Shown: piece after piece, positions 14,670 to 27,012 of the stretch
How the letters are laid out: every line of letters starts with the position of its first letter
Position numbering within the stretch: the stretch's first letter is position 1
Assembly: GCF_006345805.1 (NCBI RefSeq)
Contig: NC_043016.1
Span: forward strand, 7,378,001 to 7,442,000
Length of the DNA: 64,000 nucleotides
Origin: Octopus sinensis
Taxonomy: Eukaryota
Direction: 5' to 3'
Position numbers and translations under genes: made by a program
Notes under the pieces: generated by a model
Databases searched by the model: none
Told to the model about the DNA's origin: nothing
What the model saw: only the letters and a program-made list of their open reading frames with translations

Positions 14670-14965
14670 AAGGGTAAAGACACCTTTTGGTCATCAATGA
14701 CTATGGGATTGCACCTAGAAAGTTACCCTCTGAGGCACAAGTCCAGGCAAGGTTGTTGATGGAAGGCCAGCAGTCGCCCATGCATACAAGCCTCCCCTCT
14801 CCACGTCACCGATGTTATCCAAGGGAAAGGCAAAGGCCAATACAGCTTGGCACCAGTGATGTCGCTACTCATTTCTACAGCTGAGTGAAATGGAAGCAAT
14901 GTGAAATAAAGTGTCTTGCTCAAGAACACAACACACAACCCAGTGCGGGATTCGAACGCACTGTC
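14670..14965 (-). mobile_element. SINE, family D
   Basis: Homologous to 5537-5838; B box 'gttcgaatccc' on the minus strand at about 14947-14957. Confidence 0.78.
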
Positions 14966-16379
14966 ATGACTCTAACTACTAAATCCTGTTCCATGACAGT
15001 AGACTGAATACTAAAGGGTTAATATAGGCAGTGAGCTTAATGCACAACACAAAACTTTTGATCACTATAAACAAATTATTTGAGCAGGTTGTTCAAAAAC
15101 TGCAGAATCATCTTTGTTGGACTCAAGAAGTATTAACAAAGTGTTATTATGAATTAAAATACCGTTTCCTAAACTGAGATATTTTCTTATGTATATTATG
15201 CATGTAATGTATCTTAAAACACAATGAAACTAGTTTGATGATATTCACTCCCAACTATTGAATCTCCTGTAGTTTACTCACAGGTCATATTTCCAAAGCT
15301 GGACTAAATACGTATTTGTTAAACATGTATCTGATTTCTGTATACATACACACAACCTTGCTGTTATGACACTTTCATTACAAATATATATATATGTTTA
15401 TGTATGCATGTATCTCTCTCTCTCTACATATATATATATATATATACACACATACACACACACACATACACAAATATGTATATACATAGATATGTATTTG
15501 TGTGTGTGTTAATACATACATATATATATATATATTTGTGCTGATCACTAAGCATTTTGATGGAGCTTGTGATTTAAAGAGACTTAGGAAGACAAGGGAT
15601 GCAGTGCTGAAGCTTAATCTCTAGACATGAAGATGATAAGGGACCAGGATGAATGGTGATATGTAGTTCTTAAGACACACTCATATGAATGAAACTAAGT
15701 TCTAGTAACACTGTGTATATATAATATATATATATTATATATATATATGTATGTATGTACAACTGGACACTTTGTTCAATTTCCTTCTTCCTTAAGACAC
15801 TCACCACCGTGACTACCAATCACCTCCCTAACTGCAATTCTTCCTTGATACCTCGTTTTAATACCCAGAACCATTTCACTTGTTGTCCATTCTTCATCCT
15901 TTACTTCTGTTCTATTCAATCACACTTTCATTGATCACCCACCCACCCTCACTGAGTCAGCAAATGATCTCTTGTGCCCTCCCCCCCCATACATCTTACC
16001 TTACATGTATATTTATCTGCCCCTCTCCTCCCGCATCAACTTCTATAATTAACCACAATATCATGTTTCATCTTTCTTTCATCCATCTCCTATCTACCAT
16101 ATTATCATCACTATTCTGCTGCTTCGCACTATCAGACATCTACACTTACCCCATTCACTCTCTGTTTCTCTACTCCTCTCACTGTTACTCATCTTTGAAC
16201 TTTGAAAGTTCACCCTGACACCTCGTCTTTACTATTTTTATCACCAATTATTTTCAGGCTCTCTTCTAAAATATGAGTAGCCATATAGTAACTCTACAGC
16301 AAGAAACCTGTCCTGCTCTGGTCCCTTTTCTCTCATATCTTACCCTTCTTTACTCCTTATCTCTTAGCATAAAGCTGTT

Positions 16380-16615
16380 CTGAGCCATACGAGCATAGTG
16401 ACCTCACAGGCATTGGTGGCATAAAACCAAATTCATTCAGTACACTCTGTAAATTGGATAGTATTAGGAAGGGCATCCAGCCATGTAAAGCATGTTAAGA
16501 CAGACACCAGAGCACAATGCAGTCTTTGAACCCATTGGACTTTGCCAAACCATCCAACCCACGCCACTGTGGAAAATGGAAGGTAAATGATGATGATGAT
16601 GATGATGATAATGAT
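16380..16615 (+). mobile_element. Solo RTE LINE 3' end
   Basis: 'ttaggaagggcatccagcc...catccaacccacgcc' followed by a (GAT)n tail; same as the 3' UTR of the RTE at 37875-39528. Confidence 0.7.
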
Positions 16616-16620
16616 AACAT

Positions 16621-16672
16621 GTTTATATGTATGTATGTACACATATGTATATTATGTGTGTGTGTATATATG

Positions 16673-16703
<31 letters not shown>

Positions 16704-16827
16704 ATATATATATATACATATATATACATACATACATATATACATATATATATATACATACATATATATATAATATACATATATATTATATACATACATA
16801 TATATATATATATATATACATACATCT

Positions 16828-16869
<42 letters not shown>

Positions 16870-16916
16870 ATATACATACATATATATACATATATATATA
16901 TATATATATTACATAC

Positions 16917-16951
<35 letters not shown>

Positions 16952-16953
16952 CC

Positions 16954-16987
<34 letters not shown>

Positions 16988-17373
16988 CATATAATATATA
17001 TATACATATATATATATATACATATATATTATATACATACATATATATATATATATACATACATACATATATATATATACATACATACATATATATATAT
17101 ATATACATACATACATATATATATATATTATACATACATACATATATATATATATATACATACATACATATGTTATATATATACATACATATATATATAT
17201 ATATAATATATATACATACATATATATATATATATACATACATACATACATATGTATGTATATATACATATATGTATGTATATACATATGTATGTATATA
17301 TACATATATGTATGTATATATACATATATATATATATACATACATACATATGTATGTATATATATATATATAT
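16621..17373. repeat. (TA)n/(CATA)n microsatellite
   Basis: About 750 bp of simple repeat. Confidence 0.96.
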
Positions 17374-17374
17374 A

Positions 17375-17570
17375 ATGTTATAATTTAGAACAAACAGTAA
17401 GTTGTTATAGTACTCAGAGTTTCAAATGTTGGAACCAAGAGCTACAATGCATTCTCGTTAGCTATTAATGGCAATAACTGACGAGAATGCATTGTAGCTC
17501 TTTGCTCTGACATTTGAAACTCTGAGTACTATAATGACAGCCTTTTACTGTTTGTTCTAGATTATAACAT
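17375..17570. repeat. ~95-bp-arm inverted repeat carrying a hammerhead fold in each arm
   Basis: 17375-17466 is the reverse complement of 17473-17570; plus arm reads CTGACGA-GAATG...CATTT-GAAA-CTCTGAG-TA-CTAT. Confidence 0.85.
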
Positions 17571-17627
17571 ATATAAATAAATAATCCTCTATTTCTCTAA
17601 TATCAAGGTCTCATTCTTCTGTTGTCC

Positions 17628-17665
<38 letters not shown>

Positions 17666-17779
17666 CATGTTTGTATACACACGCACATATATATATTATA
17701 TATGTATATACACATGTGTATAAATATATTATATATACATGTATATATACATGATATTGTATATAAGGGTGTATGAGTG

Positions 17780-18180
17780 CATGGCATGTAGGAGGCACCA
17801 TTCAAGCGTGATCGTTACCAGCATCGCCTTACTGGCACCTGTGGCGTTGGCATGTGTATAAAATTCAAGCGAGGTTGTTGCCAGTACCGCCTGTCTGGCC
17901 CAAAAAATTTGAGCGAGGTCATTGCCAGTACCGCCTGACTGGCCCATGTGTAAAAATTCGAGCATGGTCGTTGCCAGTGCCGCCTGACTGGCCCCCGTGC
18001 CAGTGGCACGTAAAAAGCACCCACTACACTCTTGGAGTGATTGGCGTTAGAAATGGCATCCAGCTGTAGAAACTCTGCCAGATCAAGACTGGAGCTTGGT
18101 GCAGCCACCTGGTAAGCCAGCCCTCAGTCAAACCGTCCAACCCATGGAAAGCGGACGTTAAACGACGACGATGATGATGA
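17780..18180 (+). mobile_element. Solo RTE LINE 3' end with internal subrepeats
   Basis: Repeated 'gttgccagtaccgcctgactggc' units, 'ggcgttagaaatggcatccagctgtagaaac', then 'ggacgttaaacgacgacgatgatga' tail. Confidence 0.85.
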
Positions 18181-19121
18181 TATATTTGAGTATATACCTA
18201 CCAATATATATGTACTGTGTGTGTTTGCATACATGTGCTGGGGTGTGCACATAAGGATACGTATGCACAGACATGCACACATGCTAGTGTATACTTTTTA
18301 TTCATTTTGACTTTTTTTTTTCTATTTCACGAATGTCTTTTGTTAATTCACTCACGCTCTCTATTTTTAATCAGTTGCCTTCATCGCACGCATTCAACAC
18401 TTGCAACACACAATGCATTTAGTCTTTACACAAACACCATTTACACACACACACACACATAGATACACACAAACACACACACATAGACATTAAACATCGA
18501 CGAACCCTAACCCTAACCCTAATTTTCATATTTCTGCTCTCTCTCTCTTGTTTCTGTCTCTTTTTCTCTCCCTCTCTCCTCTCTCTCCCTCTCTCTATGT
18601 CTCATTCTGTCTCTCTCTCTCTCTCTCTTTCTCTCCATATTTATAAATATATAATTCCTTCTTTCCGTCTGTCTTTCTCTCATATAATAATTTCCTGTGT
18701 GTGATTCTTTTGCAAGTTCTATTCAAACACAAAAACCCGAATTAAAATGTCTCAGTAGATAATGAAAGATTAATGATGAATGACTAAAGACTGAAGCAAG
18801 TCATACATTAAATGTTATGAAACCATTTCCTTGTCTAAAAGTATATTTAAGAATAAAGCTGATTTCCCATTCCCTTCTTTAGAGTTATTCTTTTACTGTT
18901 CATTTACTGGTATCAATCATTCAACTGTGGCCATATTGGGGCACTGCCTTCAACGGTGTTTAGTTCATCATATTCATAACATTACTTATTTCACTCTGAT
19001 GTTTATCAATCTCAGTTTATCGGATTGCAAAGTTTTTACATTTTTTGCACATATGGCATAAAGTGATGCACTGATTTACACCAGAATGCACAAGCACACA
19101 TGTGCATGTATTTAGGTATTC

Positions 19122-19531
19122 AGGTGCTGGCATGGCTGTGTGGTAAGAAGCTTGCTTCCCAACCACATGCTTCTGGGTTCAGTCTCACTATGTGGCACCT
19201 TGGGCAAGTGTCTTATACTATAGCTGCAGGCAGACCAAAGCCTTGTGGGTGAATTTGGTCGACAGAAACTGAGAGAAGCCCTTCGCATACATATATGTGT
19301 GTGTGCATCGTTGTGTCTTTGTCCCCTCACCCCCCATTATCACTTGACAACCGATGTTGGTTTGTTTACATTCCTGTAACTTAGTAGTTCGGCAAAAGAG
19401 ACAGAATAAGTTCTAGGCTTACAAAGAATAAGTCATGAGGTCAATTTCTTCAACTAAAACCCTTTAAGGCGGTGCTCCAGCATGGCTGCAGTCAAATGAC
19501 TGAAACAAGTAAAAGAATAAAAGAATAAAAG
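19122..19531 (+). mobile_element. SINE, family A (tRNA-like head, CORE-like 'ccttgggcaagtgtctt')
   Basis: A box 'tggctgtgtggtaag', B box 'gggttcagtctc', 3' end 'gctccagcatggctgcagtcaaatgactgaaacaagtaaaagaat'; more than 10 copies in the window. Confidence 0.85.
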
Positions 19532-19894
19532 TGTATGTACATTACAAGGAGTTACTCCAGATCAAACCCCTACTTCTCTGCATTGAGAGTTACTCCAGGT
19601 CAAACCCCTGCTTCTCAGATTTCACACTATAGACATGTGATTGAAATGTCACAGGGAAAAATTACAAGCTGGAATTTTGAAGCCAAACCAATGGGCCGGA
19701 GACTTAGGAGTAGACTAAGAATGAGATAAGATAATTGCATAATATTCAATCCATAGTTTCAGTTGGTCATATTTGGAAATCCAGCAGGAAATTGTAATGA
19801 TGGTTGCTTTTGATAAGATACTATGGAGAACTCTATTACCACAATACTCCCAGGAATAGTGGATGGAGAAGATGAATGCATAGGTATTATATTG

Positions 19895-20201
19895 TTGTTT
19901 TGTTTTTGTTTGTTCCTTCTCGAGCCATGCCTGGCTCATAAGGGCTGGTTTCCCAGTTTCCTTGGCATATAGGTTCCCCACCTGGATGGGATGCCGGTCC
20001 ATCGCAGGTGAGCTGCAAGATTCAGGAGGAAAGAGTGAGAGAAAGTTCTGGCGAAAGAGTCAGCAGAAGTTCACCATTACCTTCTGCCGGAGCCGTGTGG
20101 AACTTAAGTGTTTCGCTCATAAACACTCACATCCCCCAGTCTGAGATTTGAACTCGCAATCCCTCGACCGCGCTGCTTTAATTACTAGGCCATGTGCCTC
20201 C
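19895..20201 (-). mobile_element. SINE, family C (tRNA head, V-domain-like 'cctgcgatggaccggcatcccatccagg')
   Basis: Colinear with 62168-62471; A-rich (CAAAA)n tail. Confidence 0.8.
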
Positions 20202-20325
20202 ATAGGTATAATATATATATATATATTGGTAAAAACAGTAAGATAACAAAAGAAAGAAAGAGACCTCAATATTATGTAAATAGAGGAATTTATCTGTAAA
20301 TATAATATGTGACAATTATTCGGTA

Positions 20326-20395
20326 GCCAAGATAAAACTCTGAGTTTCGGATGCTGAGGTGGAAATCCACACCACCATCTCTTCAGTTATCTGGC
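20326..20395 (-). ncRNA. Putative type I hammerhead ribozyme
   Basis: Minus strand: GCCAGATAA-CTGAAGA-GATG..GTGGA/TCCAC..CATC-C-GAAA-CTCAGAG-TT-TTATCTTGGC; intact core and 9-bp stem I with one bulge. Confidence 0.7.
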
Positions 20396-20404
20396 CATCA
20401 GAAA

Positions 20405-20435
<31 letters not shown>

Positions 20436-21541
20436 GGTGGTTGTCTACTTTTTATGCAGAGTTTGACCACCTCTTATACCTACATCTTAGATCCATCATG
20501 GCATCTCAGGTGGCTTTTTTAAACCAGACAATGTTATGAAAAGACACCTGCATAGGTTGTATACCTGATTTGGATCATCAAGAGCTGCATTATATTTTCA
20601 AGCATTAAGAAAACTGTATTGGGGTGGGGCAGCTGGGTAGAAGGGACCTCCTAAAATAAACCGATATAATTTACTGTGCCATAGAGGAAAAAGTTTGTCC
20701 ATATGCCATCATTCACCCGTAGGAGGATTATCTATGCAAAATTGACCATGTCTCCATATTGTAAAAGTAAATGCTGTAACACTATAAGTGATCTACAGGA
20801 TCAATATGTTTCATTGAGCCACTAACAAAATGTCTTGGTAAAGTATATGAAAGAAATGAATCCTCGTTTTTATTTTTGTGTTTAGTATTATCTCAAAATT
20901 GTCAAGTGAAAATTGGGTTATATCTTTGAAGTCGGAACATCCTCTGTCCCGATAAGTGTCTTGTAAATTGATGTGTGTATGTGTAAATACATAATGGTAG
21001 GTAGTCCATTGATGTCTGATGACAACAAAGTCTGTGTTCTCGGTGATGAGAGCACATGACTCCATAGTCCAAAGCTAGAGATACACAGGCACCCACAGAT
21101 GTCACAGTGATGGTCTGTTGCCCAGTGACATCTTTCTCTTGCAGTATCAAGATGTTGTCACCAGTCTTCTTCAAAGGCAGCTGCTTCTCATGAGGTGAGA
21201 AACCTCTACACTGATCTCTGTATGACAGGGGCTCTGAGTTCATGTGGGCTAAAGCCACTCCTTTTGAGGTTACTTTTCAGAATGTCTTTGTACCTCAGTT
21301 TGGTGAAATTTTAATTATAAGTGAACTAAGAATTACAGTAGAAGATACTTGCCCAATGTACTATCTAGGTGCAATTGGATCAAATATTTGGTTTATATTT
21401 TGGTAATTTTGAAAGATAAAAGTGATGTAGTATATTTGATTATCCTTAGTACGTTTTACATTTTTTGCATTTTTGGCATAAAGTGATGCCCTGATTTACA
21501 CCAGTATGCACAGGCACACATCTACATATATTTAGGTATTC

Positions 21542-21730
21542 AGGTGCAGGCATGGCTATGTGGTAAGAAGCTTGCTTCCCAACCACATGGTTCTGGGTTC
21601 AGTCTCACTATGTGGCACCTTGGGCAAGTGTCTTATACTATAGCTGCAGGCTGACCAAAGCCTTGTGAGTGAATTTGGTCGACAGAAACTGAAACTGGCC
21701 CTTCGCATACATATGTGTATGTGTGTGTGT
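21542..21730 (+). mobile_element. SINE family A, 5' part (duplicated with flank from 19034-19305)
   Basis: Near-identical to 19122-19305. Confidence 0.8.
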
Positions 21731-21990
21731 GTACTTATTTTCTTGACCCTGAGATGTTGAAGTAGCCAGCAGTAGCAAAGGTATGAAATGAAAAAGAAAG
21801 AATTCTTTTATAGGATTTTAACTTTAGTACATTAAGAAAAAAAACAAAAACATTTAAAATACCTTAAAATACCTTAAGGCATTCTTTGTCTAATGACTTA
21901 ATTTGATATTCCAAGTTCAAATTCTAAGTTACCATCAGCTGTCTTTTGTAAAATTTGTTGTTAATTTGTAATAATGAATTATTGGTTTTG

Positions 21991-22368
21991 CATATTCTGT
22001 TGTGTCTCGGGAGAGTCATTTTCTTTTTGTGCCTTATTATGTAACACACTCACCGGTAAAAACTATTGTAAAGGTTGCAAGACGCAACGAAAATTTTAGG
22101 ACAATAAAAATAAGAAAAAAGTGGAAATGTTGCTGGTGAGTGTGTTACATAATAAGGCACAAAAAGAAAATGACTCTTCCCAGACACAATAGAATATGCT
22201 TCAACACACAAACTCATATAAAGAAGAGAGTCAAAACTATTGAAAAGGTTGCAAGATGCAACGAAAATTTAAGGACAATAAAAATAAGAAAAAAGTGGAA
22301 ATGTTGCCGGTGAGTGTATTACATAATAAGGTACAAAAAGAGAATGACTCTCCCCAGACACAACAGAA
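21991..22368. repeat. Inverted plus tandem repeat module
   Basis: 21991-22057 is the reverse complement of about 22132-22199; 22059-22198 is directly repeated at 22233-22368. Confidence 0.85.
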
Positions 22369-22569
22369 TTGATGTTTTCACTTTCACTCATAAAACGTGT
22401 CCTGGCTGTTAGTTGCTCAATAGACTGAGAAATGATTAAATTTACGTGAAACAAATCAGGGTTGGCAAAGGAAGGACATCCAGCAATAGAAAAACTCTGC
22501 CTCAATCGACTCTTGTCAAACCCATGTAATCATGGAAATGTAGATATTAAAGTAATGCTGCTGCTGCTA

Positions 22570-22604
<35 letters not shown>

Positions 22605-22796
22605 TTCATTCTTTTACTTGTTTCAGTCATTTGACTGTGGCCATGCTGGGGCACTGCTTTGAAGAATTTTTAGTAAAATGAATCAACTCCAGTATTTGTC
22701 TTTTTTTAAGCTTGATACTTATTTTATCAGTCTCTTTTGCCAAACCACTAAGTCACAGTAATGTAAACACACCAACATTGGTTGTCAATCTGTGGT

Positions 22797-22851
<55 letters not shown>

Positions 22852-23023
22852 AAACACAAACACACACGTATATACGTTAGGCTTCTTTCAGTTTCTCTCT
22901 GCTGAATCTATTCACAAGGCTTTGGTCAACCCAAGGCTATGTAGAAGATACTTGCCCAAAGTGCCATGTAGTGAGATTGAACCCAGAACCATGTGAATGG
23001 GAAGCAAACTTCTTACCACTCAC
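22605..23023 (-). mobile_element. SINE family A
   Basis: Reverse complement of 19122-19531 with an internal (CA)n. Confidence 0.8.
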
Positions 23024-23329
23024 ATATATATCGTTCATTCATCATCACCTAATGATCATTTCTTTTTCATGCTTGCATGGGTCAGACATAGATTATTCGA
23101 TGCTCTTCCTTTTGCCAACCCTTAACTAATTCTTGGTATGGCCAAACATGTTCTTACAGAATACTGGAAATAAATTTCACTGCATTTTAAATAATAATAA
23201 TGAAACATTTATTGCTTGTCAAGTATTGAGCAACTAAGATAATTTTTTTAAATAATAATAATAATAATAATAATAATTATAATAATGAAAAAGAAAGCAC
23301 CTGTTTCTGCCTCTCTGTCTCTCTATCAC

Positions 23330-23682
23330 ACTCTAACCTTTCATCATCTGACACAAGATCACCTCCTCCAATGCCCCTTCACCTCTCAAAGATTCCTTGT
23401 TTTGTAAGTTACTTGGTGAGCCTGCCAGTGCTGGTGCTGCACAAAAAACATCCAGTCCACACCGAAGTGTAAAAACCATGCCAAAACTTACCTTACCTGT
23501 ACTGGTACCATGTAAAAAGCAATCAGTCCACTCTGCAGAGTTGTTGGTGTTAGGAAAGGCATCCAGCTGTAAAAACCTTGTCAAAACAGACACAGAAGTA
23601 TGGTGCAGTCTTCTGCCTGGACAGCTCCAATCAAACTGTCCAATCCATGCCAGCATGGAAGAAGGTTGTTAAATAATGATGA
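23330..23682 (+). mobile_element. Older solo RTE-type 3' end
   Basis: 'ttggtgttaggaaaggcatccagctgtaaaaac...tccaatccatgccagcatggaa' plus a short GAT tail. Confidence 0.7.
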
Positions 23683-24737
23683 TTTATATATATACATATA
23701 TACTGAAACAATAAGAATATTAGAAACTTTCAGAGGACATGAAATAATTTCTTTCTGCAACAGTGGATCTTCACTAATAACCTGTAAATGCTGGATTAAA
23801 AAAAAACCTTTGGGATACAATTTGTTTGACTAAAACCCTTCAAGACAATGTCTCTGGGATTTGAACCATTTGAACAAAGAAATCCTTTGAATTTTACTTT
23901 CCATTTTAGAAACCTTATTTTTATAAGGGAGAATGTTATGTTGATGGTAGTGTTGATGACAGACATAAAACACCTGGATGATTTACAGGTGTAAGGTATG
24001 AGTAGAATGAATTGGTTCCAACTGAGAAGTGAAACTGTCTCAAACTAGATTCATCAATGAGTAGGACATTCTCAAGCCAAAGTTGGAACCTGAATGCAGT
24101 CATTCAGTGTGCTAGAAATAGTAGATAAATTTTCCTTGTATCACTCCATACCATTTTCAATAGGGAAAGACACGAACTGCATCCAGGATATCATACACAT
24201 CTTCAAACACACATGCATACACCTACGCACACATACATACCAACATATATACATACATAAATTTACAGAAAACAAAAGATGAAGACAGGTGTTGGAACAA
24301 GCAGGTGTATTAGTTTAATGCTTGGGAAAAATTGAAAGGTCCTTTACATTTCAAGCCTATGCTCTTTGACAGAAAGGATTAAGAGGAAAAAAAATGGAGA
24401 GGGAATGAAAAAAAAAAACAGAGAGAGAAAACAGGTGCAGAGTTCAACGATCCAACATGGTGAGATGACTGGAAAAAAGAGGTTGAATTAAAGGGAGATA
24501 ATAATAGTAATAATAATAGGAGTAAAGGTAATGTGACCCCAATGAACTAAAGTGTGTAAGCATGTGTGTGTATGTGAGAACGGTGTGTGTAAGTGTGAAT
24601 GTGTGAATGGTAGTGAGTGAGCCTATTGTGTGTGTGTTGTGTGTAGCAGTTGATGTGTGCTTGTTCAGATGGTGTGTGCACATGTGAATGCGTGTGTGTC
24701 TGTGACCAAATAGTATGCATGTATATAAATGCAATCA

Positions 24738-25486
24738 CACTAAGTTTTAACATTCTAGCTCACTTCCGCTGTTTACAGCAGTGCTTGGAAGGAAGGTGTG
24801 TAGCATGTGATCATCATATTGACCATGATAGAGAAAGTTGTCATGGTGATACCTGCTCAGAAGCTTATGCAAAGTTGCAGAAAGTATATAGTAAGGAGTA
24901 TATGAGCCGCACACAAATGTATAAGTGATTGAGATGTTTCCAAGATGGCCAAAAAATTGTCGATAATGATGAACATTCTGAGAGACCTGCAACCAGCAGA
25001 ACTGAGAAAAATATCGCAGATATGTGTGCAGCTGTGAGGGGAAATTGCCAAATCACCATCTGTGAGTTATCAGAGGACATGCAAATTATTTACGGTTCAG
25101 TTCAGTCCATTATCCCTGAAGATTTGGGTATGAGACCTGTGTCTGCTCATTTTCTGCAAAAGCTGCTTTCAGCTGACCAAAACCACACTCAAGTTTCCGT
25201 TGTACGAGAAAACTTTTTGAAAACTTTGTATTGGCCTCTTAGCAGGTATTGCCAAAATTTGATGCAGACCTCTGCTCAACTTTTTTTTGTCATGGTCAAT
25301 GTGACAATCACATGCTACACACCTTCCTTCCAAGCACTGCTGTAAACAGTGGAAGTGAGCTAGAATGTTAAAACTTAGTGCACATACACAGCAAAGTTCA
25401 AGGTCAACCTGTGCCAAACAGCTTCACTCTGTGGGCTTTAGCTTCATTACTATGGCAATAGACTGAATACTTATTGATCAGACCAT
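24738..25486 (+). mobile_element. Internally deleted mariner (Tc1/mariner) element
   Basis: 'SEAYAKLQKVYSKEYMSRTQMYK*LRCFQDG...SERPATSRT...ITICELSE...GSVQSII.EDLGMRPVSAHFLQKLLSADQ' matches a mariner DNA-binding N-terminus; arms 24738-24840 and 25277-25380 are inverted; right end 'ttgatcagacc' followed by TA-rich DNA. Confidence 0.85.
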
Positions 25487-25544
25487 ATATATATATTTGA
25501 TTAATGAGAGAGACAGAAGATGGAAGATACAAGAATCTTTATTG

Positions 25545-25650
25545 ATTACTACAATTGTTTTGACCCACCTAGTATTGATCCCTCACAGGTTGGATACTGA
25601 ACATCTGGTTTAAGTGCATCCATCAATGTAGATGTGTCTCCTCAGGTGAA
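25545..25650 (-). ncRNA. Degenerate type I hammerhead fold
   Basis: Minus strand: TTCAC-CTGAGGA-GACACATCTA...TAGGTGGGTC-AAAA-CAATTG-TA-GTAA; GAAA reads AAAA, consistent with CpG decay. Confidence 0.5.
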
Positions 25651-25734
25651 CACAAGATGTATCTTGTTAAAATAACATCTGTTCTGTAGGATTTCTTCTC
25701 ACTATATATATCTATATATATATATATATATATA

Positions 25735-27012
25735 TCAGGAACAGAGGTAATATTTATTGATACTGAGAAGCAATATTCATTCTCATTTAAACGTGGGTGT
25801 TCTAATTTTAAATCAAGTAAATTTTAATCATAATAATTAGATATAATGTATAATAATATTTTATCATTTAGTATAACTAGAATAAATCTACTTATTTATA
25901 TATAAATGTAAGATAATATTTAATTAACTTCTAATTTCAGATATTTTAGTTTCTTAATAAAAATCGATAGTATAATATTAGGAGGTATTATTCTAAACTT
26001 TTAATCTTAATTTAGAAACTCAAGTTTAAGAATAACATCAATTTTAAGAATAATAGTATAATCAATATATATTAATTGTATTATAATTATAAAAATAATA
26101 AAAAATTAGATTTTTTACTGATTTTTACTAATTTTACTGACTTTAACATATTTCAAAATATTAAAAAAATTTTTTAATTATATGTTGAGTAATTTAGTTT
26201 ACCTATTTACTGACCTAGAAATTTATTATTTATCAAAGTTAACATGAAAATAAATTAAATTAACCAGAAAAAAAATTAGACTATTCCTATCATACACTCA
26301 CTTCTGGCTTCTCCTGATTACTATTATTATAAATAATAGAAAATACATTTTAAGAAAATACATGTTAATAAGAATTATCTCCCCTACAAAATAGCTCTCA
26401 ATGTTGGATTGTACAATTGCTGGTAGCCATGTTTAATTCATGGAGAGAAAATTATCATACAGATAAGTTAACATTTCTCTTTACTAACATTTCTTTTTCC
26501 TACTTTTATTCCACATTTCTGTTCATCATTTACTAAAGTTAAATTATTCCAACAACTTCTAGTTATATAATTTTAGTTTGTCATGTCTTAATATACGATG
26601 TAAATAACAAAATAAGTTTATATAAGATAGACCTGAAGATTGGCAATATATTTGTATTAATATGGTATTGTATAGAAACATTCTATTTCAGCATATCGAG
26701 GAATATGTTGTCATGAAATGCGCATAGTCTAAATAATGTAAAGTATATGATTTGCAATAAGAATTGAAGGTATTAATTTTGATAATTTGGAATAAGAATC
26801 GTAGGTATTAATTTTGATAATTTTAACATTTAGTCCTATATGTACCTATTGTGGATAATGTCATTCAATGATGATTGAGTAGCTTGAGGGTGATTCTGTC
26901 TCTTAAACCAATCTATTTATATGTATATAATACAGTGAGTAATTCATTTTAGAACCACTAAATTGAACTTCTCTCTCCAGTGAACTCGGAAATAACTTCT
27001 CTAATATTAATA

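Noticed and set aside
17800-18020. Regularly spaced hairpin repeats resembling a CRISPR array
   Set aside because: Intervening segments are also homologous, there are no cas genes, and the context is an RTE 3' UTR in animal DNA.
18502-18522. (CCCTAA)3, and a similar tract at about 54673-54696
   Set aside because: Too short to indicate a telomere or fusion site; such tracts are common in invertebrate repeats.
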